Positions 48,983 to 57,621 of a stretch of 64,000 nt of DNA are shown piece after piece; the first letter of the stretch is position 1; the number at the start of each line of letters is the position of its first letter. The DNA lies in assembly GCA_014727915.1 (NCBI GenBank), contig WJMO01000009.1, positions 32,001 through 96,000 of the forward strand. The letters run 5' to 3'. Made by a program: the position numbers and the translations under genes. The notes below the pieces were generated by a model, which worked only from the letters and a program-made list of their open reading frames with translations, searched no databases and was not told the DNA's origin. This DNA comes from Candidatus Altiarchaeales archaeon. GTDB taxonomy: Archaea; Altiarchaeota; Altiarchaeia; IMC4; SCGC-AAA252-I15.

Positions 48983-49980
48983 TTGAACACCCCCTCATGC
49001 TCCATCGTCCATTCGGCGATCCTCCTGACGCCCTCTTCCACGCTGACCTGGGGCTTCCAGCCCACGGCCTTCTTTATCTTCCGCGTGTCGCTTATGTAAA
49101 CTTTCTGGTCTCCCATCCTCCACTCGCTGTGGTCCACCTCGGACCTCCTGCCTGTGACGTCCTCTATCATGTCCAGCAGCTCGAACAACGATACCGTGTA
49201 GTCGGTCCCCCCGCCCAGGTTGAACGCCTCTCCGTTCACTTTTCTGATGTTCTCCGCTAGGGCTTCGAATGCCCGGTTCTGGTCTGTGATGTACAGCACG
49301 TCCCGGACCTGCTTACCGTCCCCGTAGATGGTTATGGGCTTGCCAGTTACCGCCGCGATGGTGAACCACGCGACCCACCCTTGGTCTTCGTTTCCGAACT
49401 GGCGGGTACCGTAGATGCAGCTCATCCTCGGTTTGGCCACCTTCAAACCGAAGCTGCTGTGGTATGTGTCCAATATGGTCTCCGCCACTATCTTGCTGCC
49501 CCCGTATGGGCAGTTGCTCTCCAGGGGATAGGACTCGTCGATGCCCTCGATCTCGCTGTACCTGTACCTGCTGTCACCCTCCTCGACCGGCAGCTCGAGG
49601 TCTCCGTAGACCTTGTTCGTCGAGCAGAAGACTATCGCAGGGTCGCAGTTGCTCTGCCGCACGGCCTCGCAGAGGTTGAACGTCCCGGTGGCGTTCGTCT
49701 CATAGTCCAGGCGAGGGTTCTCGATGGACGTTGTCACTGCGACCTGCGCCGCACAGTGATATACTATGTCAATGTCGTCCGTCAGGCCTTCGAATGCCTT
49801 TGGGTCTGCGATGTCGGCCTTCTTGAACACCATCTGGGGGTATTCCTCCCCCAAGTATCTGATGTTATGGTCTGTCCTGCTAAGGTCGTCGATGACTGCA
49901 ATGTCATCCCCTTTCTTCAGATGATGTTCTGCAAGATGGCTGCCGATGAACCCGCCGCCTCCTGTCACAAGCACCTTCAT
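48979..49980 (-). CDS. CDP-paratose 2-epimerase (RfbE)-like SDR
   Basis: AAQVAVTTS, STNKVYG, RMSCIYGTRQFGNEDQGWVAWF, GDGKQVRD. Confidence 0.9.
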   Translation of the reverse strand: MKVLVTGGGGFIGSHLAEHHLKKGDDIAVIDDLSRTDHNIRYLGEEYPQMVFKKADIADPKAFEGLTDDIDIVYHCAAQVAVTTSIENPRLDYETNATGTFNLCEAVRQSNCDPAIVFCSTNKVYGDLELPVEEGDSRYRYSEIEGIDESYPLESNCPYGGSKIVAETILDTYHSSFGLKVAKPRMSCIYGTRQFGNEDQGWVAWFTIAAVTGKPITIYGDGKQVRDVLYITDQNRAFEALAENIRKVNGEAFNLGGGTDYTVSLFELLDMIEDVTGRRSEVDHSEWRMGDQKVYISDTRKIKKAVGWKPQVSVEEGVRRIAEWTMEHEGVFK

Positions 49981-49981
49981 C

Positions 49982-50689
49982 CTATGCTCCCCCAACCTTA
50001 AGTCTTAGGTTGAGGTGGTTTAAAATGTTTCGAAGTATCTTGTTAAAAGTGATCTTTGACTTGCCCGCCGCCCGCTCCCTGAAGGTTATCGGTATCTCCT
50101 TCATCCTGAATCCCTTCCTGGCTATCCTCAGCAGCGTCTCCGGGCCGTCGTAGATGTTCCGGTCCGACCTGTAACCTTCTAAGTCCAGGCTCTTCAGCAC
50201 TTCCACCCTGAACATCTTGAAACCTCCCGTGCAGTCCCTCAGCTTCAACCCCAGCAAAGCACGAGCATAGGCGTTGGCAACCCCGCTGATCAGCTTGCGT
50301 ATGGGGCTCCAACCCTCGGCGCCTCCGCCCTCCACGTAACGTGAGCCGACGACCACGTCACAGTCCACTATCTCCTTCAGGAATTCCTTTATGACTTCGG
50401 GGTCGTGGCTGAAGTCAGAGTCCATCTCGACAAGGTAGTCGTAGCCTTTTTCAACCGCCCACTTGAACCCCCTGAGCCCCGCGGTACCCCTCCCCCTTTC
50501 CTTCCGGTGTATTATGTGGACTCTGGGGTCCTCCGATGCCATGCGGTCGACTATCTCTCCGGTCCCGTCGGGGCTGCTGTCGTCGACTACCAGAACCTCA
50601 AGGCTGGGGTCCTGTTCCAACACCGCCTCTATGATGCCCCTTATGTTCTCCCTCTCATTGTAGGTGGGGAGCATGACTATCGTGTTCAT
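49982..50689 (-). CDS. Polyprenol-phosphate mannose synthase-like GT2
   Basis: PTYNERENI, VDDSSPDGT, MDSDFSHDP, GSRY, DCTGGF. Confidence 0.92.
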   Translation of the reverse strand: MNTIVMLPTYNERENIRGIIEAVLEQDPSLEVLVVDDSSPDGTGEIVDRMASEDPRVHIIHRKERGRGTAGLRGFKWAVEKGYDYLVEMDSDFSHDPEVIKEFLKEIVDCDVVVGSRYVEGGGAEGWSPIRKLISGVANAYARALLGLKLRDCTGGFKMFRVEVLKSLDLEGYRSDRNIYDGPETLLRIARKGFRMKEIPITFRERAAGKSKITFNKILRNILNHLNLRLKVGGA

Positions 50690-50734
50690 ATGGTTTTAGA
50701 ATTTGTCTTATTCGGTTAAATCTGGATAGGAGCA

Positions 50735-50777
50735 ACCCGGTAGGAGGGGGCGTGGGTCAGTTACCCCCTCCTTGGGT
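50735..50777. promoter_or_regulatory. GC-rich hairpin in the leader of the GT2/SDR/radical SAM operon
   Basis: aggaggggg (50742-50750) pairs with ccccctcct (50764-50772), extended by accc/gggt. Confidence 0.5.
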
Positions 50778-50882
50778 GGTCTAATTACGGTTTAACTTTT
50801 GTTTTGGTTCCGGAAAACGATATTTTAATAAAGCCCATATATTTAATTAAGTATTCTGGTTTCCGCCAGGAAAGTATTTATC

Positions 50883-51197
50883 ATGGAATTGGATAGTGGG
50901 GAGGGGGATATCATCGAGTTCCTAGCGTCGAAGAAGTGGATACTGCTCGTGCTGACGGAGCTGCACTTCCACGGGACTCAACGGTTCAACGAGCTGTTGG
51001 AGAACATGCGGATGGTCAGTCCGAAGATACTTTCCAAGCGACTCAAGGAACTTGAGGAGCGTGGCCTGGTTTCGAGGCAGAAGTTCAACGAGATACCTCC
51101 AAGGGTCGAGTACTCGCTCACGGAAAAGGGCGGGGAGCTTGTGAAATCCTTCAAGGACATCGGCAAGTGGGCCATCAAGTGGGAGAGGAACCGGTGA
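50883..51197 (+). CDS. HxlR-family regulator
   Basis: KKWILLVL, RFNEL, SPKILSKRLKELE, PPRVEYSLTEKG. Confidence 0.92.
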   Translation: MELDSGEGDIIEFLASKKWILLVLTELHFHGTQRFNELLENMRMVSPKILSKRLKELEERGLVSRQKFNEIPPRVEYSLTEKGGELVKSFKDIGKWAIKWERNR

Positions 51198-51720
51198 TCT
51201 CAAGGGCCTCCTGGAACTGGGGCGTCCAGTCAACCTCTAAAATAGGCTTTCCACCGTGCTCCAACCACTCCTTTATCTCCTCAACGTCCGCGCCGCTGGT
51301 GTTGTCCACCTCCAACACGTTCTCGCACAGTCCAAGGCTCTCGTATAGTATAACGCCGGTGTATTCCGCCTCCAGGTTCTCCACTATCTTTTCTCTGCTG
51401 TAGCCGCGTTCGACCATCCTCTGGTATAGGGTTAATGGGTTGCATCTCAGCACGAGTACGTGTGTGACGTCCAGGTGATGGCTCAGCAGCCCGTCCAATA
51501 TCATGTCTCCGTTGGTGTTCTCTGACAAATGCTTTCTTAGAAGTTCGACGTCCACGGTCTTCGTGTCCCGCATTTCATCGTAGCTCTCGCAGAGCCCCCG
51601 CTCTTCGACCTCCCTGGTGAGGTCCAAAACCTTCATCCTAAGTCGTTCGCCCAGCTCCCGGGACAGGGTCGTTTTCCCTGTGCAGGGGACTCCTGTGACG
51701 GCTAGCACGGTACGCTCCAT
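51175..51720 (-). CDS. Adenylate kinase, AK6/Fap7 type
   Basis: TGVPCTGKTT, LSHH, VLRC.P..L..R...RGY...KI.EN.EAE. Confidence 0.9.
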   Translation of the reverse strand: MERTVLAVTGVPCTGKTTLSRELGERLRMKVLDLTREVEERGLCESYDEMRDTKTVDVELLRKHLSENTNGDMILDGLLSHHLDVTHVLVLRCNPLTLYQRMVERGYSREKIVENLEAEYTGVILYESLGLCENVLEVDNTSGADVEEIKEWLEHGGKPILEVDWTPQFQEALEITGSSPT

Positions 51721-51779
51721 ATTCGTTTTTTAACCATTGAATTGAATAATTTACTATATCTATTATCCGGAGGAATTAT

Positions 51780-52124
51780 ATGAAAATTAAGAGCTTGATT
51801 GCGGCTTACGTCCTGTTTGCTATTATACTCTTCTCCACCTACGTTACTGCGCCAAGTCCTGCAGGCACCAACTACATGAAGGACGTCGTCTGCAGCATAC
51901 TATCGAACATACAGTTCGTATTGGATTCCATAGGCCCCGGCTTCGTGATAGTCATGTTCACCTACGGGGGCATAAAGTACGTCTTCTCCGCGGACGACCC
52001 CCAGGGCAGGAAGTCGGCCAAGAACACGTGCATACACTCGCTCATCGGCGGAATCATCCTGATAGTCGCGCATCACGTCGTCGGCCTATTGGGCATGACG
52101 AACAACTGCACTGGAACACCATGA
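51780..52124 (+). CDS. TrbC/VirB2-like pilin paralog 1
   Basis: Signal peptide; two hydrophobic helices around YGGIKYVFSADDPQGRKSAK. Confidence 0.75.
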   Translation: MKIKSLIAAYVLFAIILFSTYVTAPSPAGTNYMKDVVCSILSNIQFVLDSIGPGFVIVMFTYGGIKYVFSADDPQGRKSAKNTCIHSLIGGIILIVAHHVVGLLGMTNNCTGTP

Positions 52125-52495
52125 AGTCGCATGAGGTATTGAAGTTGGATGGGAGGATGAGAAGGCATTTGCTGGTTGTCCTGACTTTGTCATATCTCTC
52201 TACCACGGCTTTGGCGGTCACGAACTTCATAAAGGCTGTGCCCTGCAGCATCCTGAATATGATACTCGGAACCTTGAATGCTGTTGTTCCCGCTCTTGTG
52301 ATAATATTCTTCCTATACGGGGGCGTGAAGTACATTTTCTCCGCGGACGACCCGAAGGGCAGGGGCCAGGCCAAGTCCATACTCATCAACGCCTTGATAG
52401 GTGGCATCATATACATGGTATGGACTGCGATCAACACTATGCTTTCAACGGTCTCTGGCGGATCAGGGCCTACTGGTATGTGGGGTGTCTGCTAA
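52121..52495 (+). CDS. TrbC/VirB2-like pilin paralog 2
   Basis: ATGA overlap (alternative start 52157); YGGVKYIFSADDPKGRGQAK; ends in C. Confidence 0.75.
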   Translation: MKSHEVLKLDGRMRRHLLVVLTLSYLSTTALAVTNFIKAVPCSILNMILGTLNAVVPALVIIFFLYGGVKYIFSADDPKGRGQAKSILINALIGGIIYMVWTAINTMLSTVSGGSGPTGMWGVC

Positions 52496-52496
52496 A

Positions 52497-52760
52497 ATGT
52501 CTTACAGCACAATCTCAAATGTGCCCTGCACATTCCTATTATGGATATGGGAGGCGTTAAAAGCGATAATACCCACTATGATCGCCATCATGTTCATATA
52601 TGGGGCTGCAAAATATATCTCGTCAGCCGACGACCCAAGCGGAAGGCAGAAGGGCAAGCAGATATGCATGCACTCGGTAATCGGGGCTTTGATATATATC
52701 CTATCAGTTTCAGTGATGTTGGCGGTTGGATTAACCCAGGCTGATGTATGCCATAATTAA
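52497..52760 (+). CDS. TrbC/VirB2-like pilin paralog 3 (no evident signal peptide)
   Basis: ATG 1 nt after the previous stop; YGAAKYISSADDPSGRQKGK. Confidence 0.72.
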   Translation: MSYSTISNVPCTFLLWIWEALKAIIPTMIAIMFIYGAAKYISSADDPSGRQKGKQICMHSVIGALIYILSVSVMLAVGLTQADVCHN

Positions 52761-52770
52761 ACGCGAAAAA

Positions 52771-53103
52771 ATGGATTTAAATTCGGATCTGCGGAGGGGG
52801 GGAATAACAGTCTTGGCCTTAATAGTGTTCTCACAGTTTGCTTCTGCGAGCACTTACCTCCAGCCAATAATAGACTTCGTTGAGCAGGGTTTGATAACGG
52901 CACTCAAGAGGGTGGGGAATACCATCGCTTTCATAATGTTCATATACGGGGCTGCAAAGTACGTTTACAGCGCCGACGACCCCGCCGGCCGGAAGACCGC
53001 CATGGGCGTGTGCATCGCCGCGGTAGTAGCCTTCCTGTTCATCCGCATAGCGGACAACGTAATATACCAGATGTGCGTGGCCATGCCCGCATGCACACCA
53101 TAG
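52771..53103 (+). CDS. TrbC/VirB2-like pilin paralog 4
   Basis: Signal ending ASA; YGAAKYVYSADDPAGRKTA. Confidence 0.75.
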   Translation: MDLNSDLRRGGITVLALIVFSQFASASTYLQPIIDFVEQGLITALKRVGNTIAFIMFIYGAAKYVYSADDPAGRKTAMGVCIAAVVAFLFIRIADNVIYQMCVAMPACTP

Positions 53104-53107
53104 GAAA

Positions 53108-53419
53108 ATGAACGTCAGAAGAATAGCACTGGGTTTCCTGGCCTTGTCTGTGATAGCCCAGCCTGCGGCAGCGGCGAACGCGGCCGAGCTAATAGCCTCG
53201 GTCATATGCGGGCTCGTCCCCGAGGTCATCCGCCTCGCGCGGTGGCTTGCAGTCCTCATGTTCGTCTACGGCGGCGCGAAATACGCCTACAGCGCCGACG
53301 ACCCGGGCGGCCGGAAGGCGGCGAGGGCCATAGCTATCAACGGCATAGTAGGATTCCTGATAGTCGGGTTGGCGAAGGACCTGGTGGACGCGATAGCCGG
53401 AGCCACGATCTGCCCCTGA
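53108..53419 (+). CDS. TrbC/VirB2-like pilin paralog 5
   Basis: Signal ending AAA; YGGAKYAYSADDPGGRKAAR; ends in CP. Confidence 0.75.
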   Translation: MNVRRIALGFLALSVIAQPAAAANAAELIASVICGLVPEVIRLARWLAVLMFVYGGAKYAYSADDPGGRKAARAIAINGIVGFLIVGLAKDLVDAIAGATICP

Positions 53420-53469
53420 ATGCAGTAAGAATGCTATTGCAGCAAGATTGCTAATGCGGTGAGAATGCA
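53419..53469. repeat. 3 x 17-bp imperfect tandem repeat
   Basis: AATGCAGTAAGAATGCT / ATTGCAGCAAGATTGCT / AATGCGGTGAGAATGCA. Confidence 0.8.
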
Positions 53470-53470
53470 G

Positions 53471-56377
53471 TCATGAAATTATCGTCTCATCCGAGGCTTC
53501 AGTCGTTGTGCTGAACCCGCCGTAGTCTATCTCATAGGACCTCACGTAGCCCCAGCTGAACTCCCCGTCTTCCATGCCGTCGCCGTCGTAGTCTGGGACC
53601 AGCCTGAAATGCTTCAACGGCTTGACTTCCCTGCTGTACAGCCCCAGAGCCTTGTACTCGTCCAGGTATTTGCCCAGGTAGAGCCGGGTCATCATGAAGT
53701 CGTTGAACTCCTGGGGCACGTACACGAGGGTTGTGAACTGGGGAAGCCTGCATATGCTGCTGCTGTCCACGTTGTTCCAGTTCAGCGCGCACATGAGTAT
53801 GCTGGGAACCCTCTCCTCGTTCAAACCCACCAGGGGCTGCACCCCCAGCAGGGACGAGTCCTGCGAGTTCTGCCAGTCAATCCATGAGATGTGCGTCCCG
53901 TACCCGTCGATGACGTTGACGCCTGTGATCTCATCGCCTTCAACCTCTATGTAGACGCCGGCGACGTAGTTACGGCACTGGAACACGACCCTCTTAACCC
54001 TCTTGAAGCTGCCGTCCTCTCCCACCTCCAGCTTCTCCTCCAACTGGCTGAGGTCCGGCCGGAACGAGCAGGTCGCGTAGTTCTTCCAACCCCACTCGGG
54101 CGGGGCGGGGGTCTCGGTGTCGATGTCGCCGTTGGCTATGTAGTGGAGCGCGCTTCCCTTTGGTATCATCGTCCAGTCGATGGAGACGTACTTCAGCTCC
54201 CTGCCGTGCTCCCGGTACACGTCATTGTAGGCTTTTACTATCTCGAAGGCCTCCTCCTCGCTTGTCTTGTTGACGAAGAACCGGGCGACGTCCTGGATCT
54301 CATAGTAGTCCGCCTGCAGGTTGTCTATTAGGACCGGCCTGTGGCTGTAGCTGCTGTACCAGTGGCCGTAGTCCCACCAGGTCATTATGGCATCCCCCGG
54401 GTCGGTGTGGTCCCTGTGCCAGACGAGAGCCTCCTCCCAGTAGTAGCGGTCGCCGCTGGGGCCCATGTGCATGACCTGGTAGCCGATGAACTTCCTGTAG
54501 AAGTCGTAGTCGACGAAGCCGAAGGTCGGAACGTAGAAGACGGGTATCGCCACTAGCATGACGGCCCCGATCACCCGAAGGCTCTCGAAGTCCTCCTTCC
54601 TCACGATCGAGAACAAACCGATGGTCGACCCCAGCGCGGTTATCGAAGCGCTCGAGGCGAATATCCACGCGCTCTTATGGTATGCCCCGTACATCATCGG
54701 AGCGCTCCACGTGAGCAGGAAAAGCGCTCCTATGCTCCCCCTGCTGTAGACCATATATGCGAGTACGGGTATCATGAGCACCCCGAACAACAGGGCTAGC
54801 CCGTAACGGTAGTATCCCTCCCTGAGGAAGGTGTTGAAGTTGTCGGCTAGCGGGTTCTGCTCCGCGACCGTCTGGTGTACCACGCTCTTCTCGGTGGCGA
54901 CCCGCAGGCTGTTCTTGGCGAAGTCCACGATGTCCGCCGGCGACTTGTACAGTGTGAAGGCTCCAACCCCCAACAAAAGGGCGACAACACCCAACGCGGT
55001 TATGTTCTTCTCTATCCAGTCAGCGGACCTGCCCTCCAGGCTCTTCTCTCCCGTCAATTTCATGGGGTTCGAACGTCTCCTGACCATCTCGAGTATCACC
55101 GGCAGACCCAAAGCCCCCATCATAGGGTAGATGGCATTTGGGGGGAGCTCCTGCACCACAGGCAGACCGCCCCTCGCGTGGAGTATCAAACCGCTGAACT
55201 GGGCGATTACCGAGGGTATGACTATGTATGGGAGGTGTTCGGCCGCGTTCTTGTCCTGGAGGAACCTGACCACCGCATACAATGACCCGAACACTCCGAT
55301 TGTGGTGAACACGTAGACGCTACCTCCCCAGGCCATCCGCAACGTCATGAACGTAAGTCCCGCGAGCACCGAGTATTTGAAGCTGCGCCGGTTGTAGGAT
55401 GCGAAGAACAGGTAGAGTCCTGCGACCATGAGGAACATTCCCAGTGCGTCGTCCTCGCAGTTGGTCGCGACCGACTTCATGGCGAAGGCCGGGCTTAGCA
55501 TGAGCATGAATGCGGCAGCGAAGCCAGCCACCTTGTTGTAAGGTTCCATGTCGGCGAATAGCTCCTTAACCAGCAGGTAGATGGCCACTATCGTGAACCC
55601 TGCTATCACGCCTGGGAATACCATCGCCACGTCGTGGAGGCTCACGTCGAAGGGCTTCAGCACCAGGCCCAGGACCGCGTAGGAGACCGGGGTCATCATC
55701 GGGGTGTTCCTCTGCTCCAGCCCGTAAGTGTGGCCCTTGTCCCCTATGTAGCTGGGGTCGTCATGACGGCTTAGACCCCCGTACATGGGGTAGACTAGGT
55801 CGTCGAACTCCGGCGGGTAGCCTTCATTGTACACCCCCTGCATCCACTTGTAATGCCAGTATGGGTCCAATGCCGCCAGGTAGTCGCTTTGGGCGGGTGC
55901 CAGGTGGGTCAATAGAGTGGAGGCGAACAATGCCAGCACCAATGCGACCTCTGTCCTCAGGATACCATAGTATGATAGTGCGTAGAATGTCAGGAATATC
56001 CCCGCCATCAGGCTGAAGAAGAGATAGTCCTTTGTGAAGGGCATGGGATACCTGTTCGAGTAGTGTGAGAACAGTGCAGCCAACAGTATCAGCGCGGGTA
56101 CTCCATAGCTCCAAACGTCCCTTCGCAGATGCTTGCTGTTGTATACCTGATAGGCTGATAAGAGCGACAAGCCAAACAACATCAGCGGCGTTCCTGTCTG
56201 GAAAAGGCCCTCATTGTAGCTCGCCTTTACGGCGGTCAGAAACAAAGCTGCCACGGAGGCCAGGAACAGCGGTTCCCCCAACTTCCCGCCTATCCTCTCT
56301 AATGAACCCAGTGAGAAGCTGATCGACGCCTCCTCTTTCCTCTTTCTCTTCTTTCTTTTCTTCTTAGAAACCATCAC
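53471..56377 (-). CDS. aglB: Oligosaccharyltransferase AglB (STT3 family)
   Basis: LDPYWH, TVAEQ, WWDYG; polytopic N-terminal half. Confidence 0.93.
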   Translation of the reverse strand: MMVSKKKRKKRKRKEEASISFSLGSLERIGGKLGEPLFLASVAALFLTAVKASYNEGLFQTGTPLMLFGLSLLSAYQVYNSKHLRRDVWSYGVPALILLAALFSHYSNRYPMPFTKDYLFFSLMAGIFLTFYALSYYGILRTEVALVLALFASTLLTHLAPAQSDYLAALDPYWHYKWMQGVYNEGYPPEFDDLVYPMYGGLSRHDDPSYIGDKGHTYGLEQRNTPMMTPVSYAVLGLVLKPFDVSLHDVAMVFPGVIAGFTIVAIYLLVKELFADMEPYNKVAGFAAAFMLMLSPAFAMKSVATNCEDDALGMFLMVAGLYLFFASYNRRSFKYSVLAGLTFMTLRMAWGGSVYVFTTIGVFGSLYAVVRFLQDKNAAEHLPYIVIPSVIAQFSGLILHARGGLPVVQELPPNAIYPMMGALGLPVILEMVRRRSNPMKLTGEKSLEGRSADWIEKNITALGVVALLLGVGAFTLYKSPADIVDFAKNSLRVATEKSVVHQTVAEQNPLADNFNTFLREGYYRYGLALLFGVLMIPVLAYMVYSRGSIGALFLLTWSAPMMYGAYHKSAWIFASSASITALGSTIGLFSIVRKEDFESLRVIGAVMLVAIPVFYVPTFGFVDYDFYRKFIGYQVMHMGPSGDRYYWEEALVWHRDHTDPGDAIMTWWDYGHWYSSYSHRPVLIDNLQADYYEIQDVARFFVNKTSEEEAFEIVKAYNDVYREHGRELKYVSIDWTMIPKGSALHYIANGDIDTETPAPPEWGWKNYATCSFRPDLSQLEEKLEVGEDGSFKRVKRVVFQCRNYVAGVYIEVEGDEITGVNVIDGYGTHISWIDWQNSQDSSLLGVQPLVGLNEERVPSILMCALNWNNVDSSSICRLPQFTTLVYVPQEFNDFMMTRLYLGKYLDEYKALGLYSREVKPLKHFRLVPDYDGDGMEDGEFSWGYVRSYEIDYGGFSTTTEASDETIIS

Positions 56378-57085
56378 TCACCTACCGTACCTGCGTTCCC
56401 TGCTGTTGAAGTCGTCGAGTATCTCCACAAGGTCTGGCTGCTGGAATTCCTGCCACAGTTTCGGGACGAAGTAGATCTCGCTGTATGCGCTCTGCCATAG
56501 GAGGAAGTTGCTCAATCTGTCCTCGGAGGTCCTGATTATCAGCTCCGGATAGCTCTTCACCCAGAGGTTGTCCTTGAGGTTCTCCTCGTTTATCTCAACA
56601 CCCTGGTCCACCATAGACTTCACGGCGTTCAACACCTCCTGCCTTCCCCCGTATCCGATGGCCAGGTTCAAGGTGAACTTTCCATAGTCCCTTGTGGCGT
56701 CCTCCAGCTTTCCGAGGTTGGTGATCATCTTCTCGGCCAGTTCGGTGTTTTGGCTGTGGTTGAGTATGTAGTCCCTGTCGCCGCAGACGTTCACCCTCAC
56801 CTCCTTCTCATGGAGGGTCTTGTCCTTCACCCCCTTCTTCGCGTGCCTGTTGAAGACCTTGAAGAGGGTGTCTATCTCCCTCCTGTCCCGGTTCACTATG
56901 TTCTCAAGTGATAGCGCGTATATGGTGACCTCCCCCACTCTCAGGTCATAGCACCACTCGAGGAAGTCGTAGAACTTGTTTATGCCCATGTCATAGGATT
57001 TCAGCAGGTTCCTGATGTGCTGTTTGGCCATGAACCTGCGGTTCCCGTCCGGAATCAAACCAACATGCATTTTGCCATCTGCCAT
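56378..57085 (-). CDS. uppS: cis-prenyltransferase (polyprenyl diphosphate synthase)
   Basis: HVGLIPDGNRR, YALSLEN, YGGRQE, IIRTS..RLSNFLLWQSAYSE, RRYG. Confidence 0.95.
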   Translation of the reverse strand: MADGKMHVGLIPDGNRRFMAKQHIRNLLKSYDMGINKFYDFLEWCYDLRVGEVTIYALSLENIVNRDRREIDTLFKVFNRHAKKGVKDKTLHEKEVRVNVCGDRDYILNHSQNTELAEKMITNLGKLEDATRDYGKFTLNLAIGYGGRQEVLNAVKSMVDQGVEINEENLKDNLWVKSYPELIIRTSEDRLSNFLLWQSAYSEIYFVPKLWQEFQQPDLVEILDDFNSRERRYGR

Positions 57086-57129
57086 GAACTGATGTCTAAA
57101 ATATGTACAAACATATAAATTAATATACT

Positions 57130-57615
57130 ATGACGGATCCAAAGCGCGTCTTGGACGTGTCTGGGGTGCTTAGGAGCAGCCTCGACTTCACGGGAGGCGG
57201 CTACCTCATCCCAGACTCGGTACTCTCTGAACTCCGTGATGAGACCGCGAGGACCGCGGTTGAAGAAGGAATACGAAATGGCAGCATAAAAATAGCCAAA
57301 CCAGCCTTTGAAGCTGTCAACGCGGTCACAAAGGCGGCATCCGAGACTGGGGACGACCATTCCCTCAGCGTAGCGGACGTTGACGTCCTCGCAGTCGCAT
57401 ACGAGCGGTCGGCGGTAGTAATATCAGACGACTACGCCATACAGAACACGGCCTCCAGAATGGGCTTAGAATATGAGACGACGTCCGCGGACGGCATAGG
57501 GAGGGAGATAACATGGCGTTGGATATGCGCCGGCTGCAAGCGTGAAATGAGCGGGCCTGGAGGATGCGAGGTTTGCGGGCATCAAGCCAGGAGAAGGCCT
57601 GAAGGCAAAAGCTAA
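57130..57615 (+). CDS. nob1: Nob1-family PIN endonuclease (rRNA maturation)
   Basis: VLD, LSVADVDVLA, SDDYAIQN, C..C...C..CG. Confidence 0.9.
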   Translation: MTDPKRVLDVSGVLRSSLDFTGGGYLIPDSVLSELRDETARTAVEEGIRNGSIKIAKPAFEAVNAVTKAASETGDDHSLSVADVDVLAVAYERSAVVISDDYAIQNTASRMGLEYETTSADGIGREITWRWICAGCKREMSGPGGCEVCGHQARRRPEGKS

Positions 57616-57621
57616 CCCGCC

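Noticed and set aside
51780-53419. Integrated conjugative element or provirus
   Set aside because: No integrase, relaxase, VirB4, att repeats or capsid genes; flanks are core housekeeping genes.
53419-53469. CRISPR mini-array
   Set aside because: Units are 17 bp, contiguous, have no spacers, and no cas genes are nearby.
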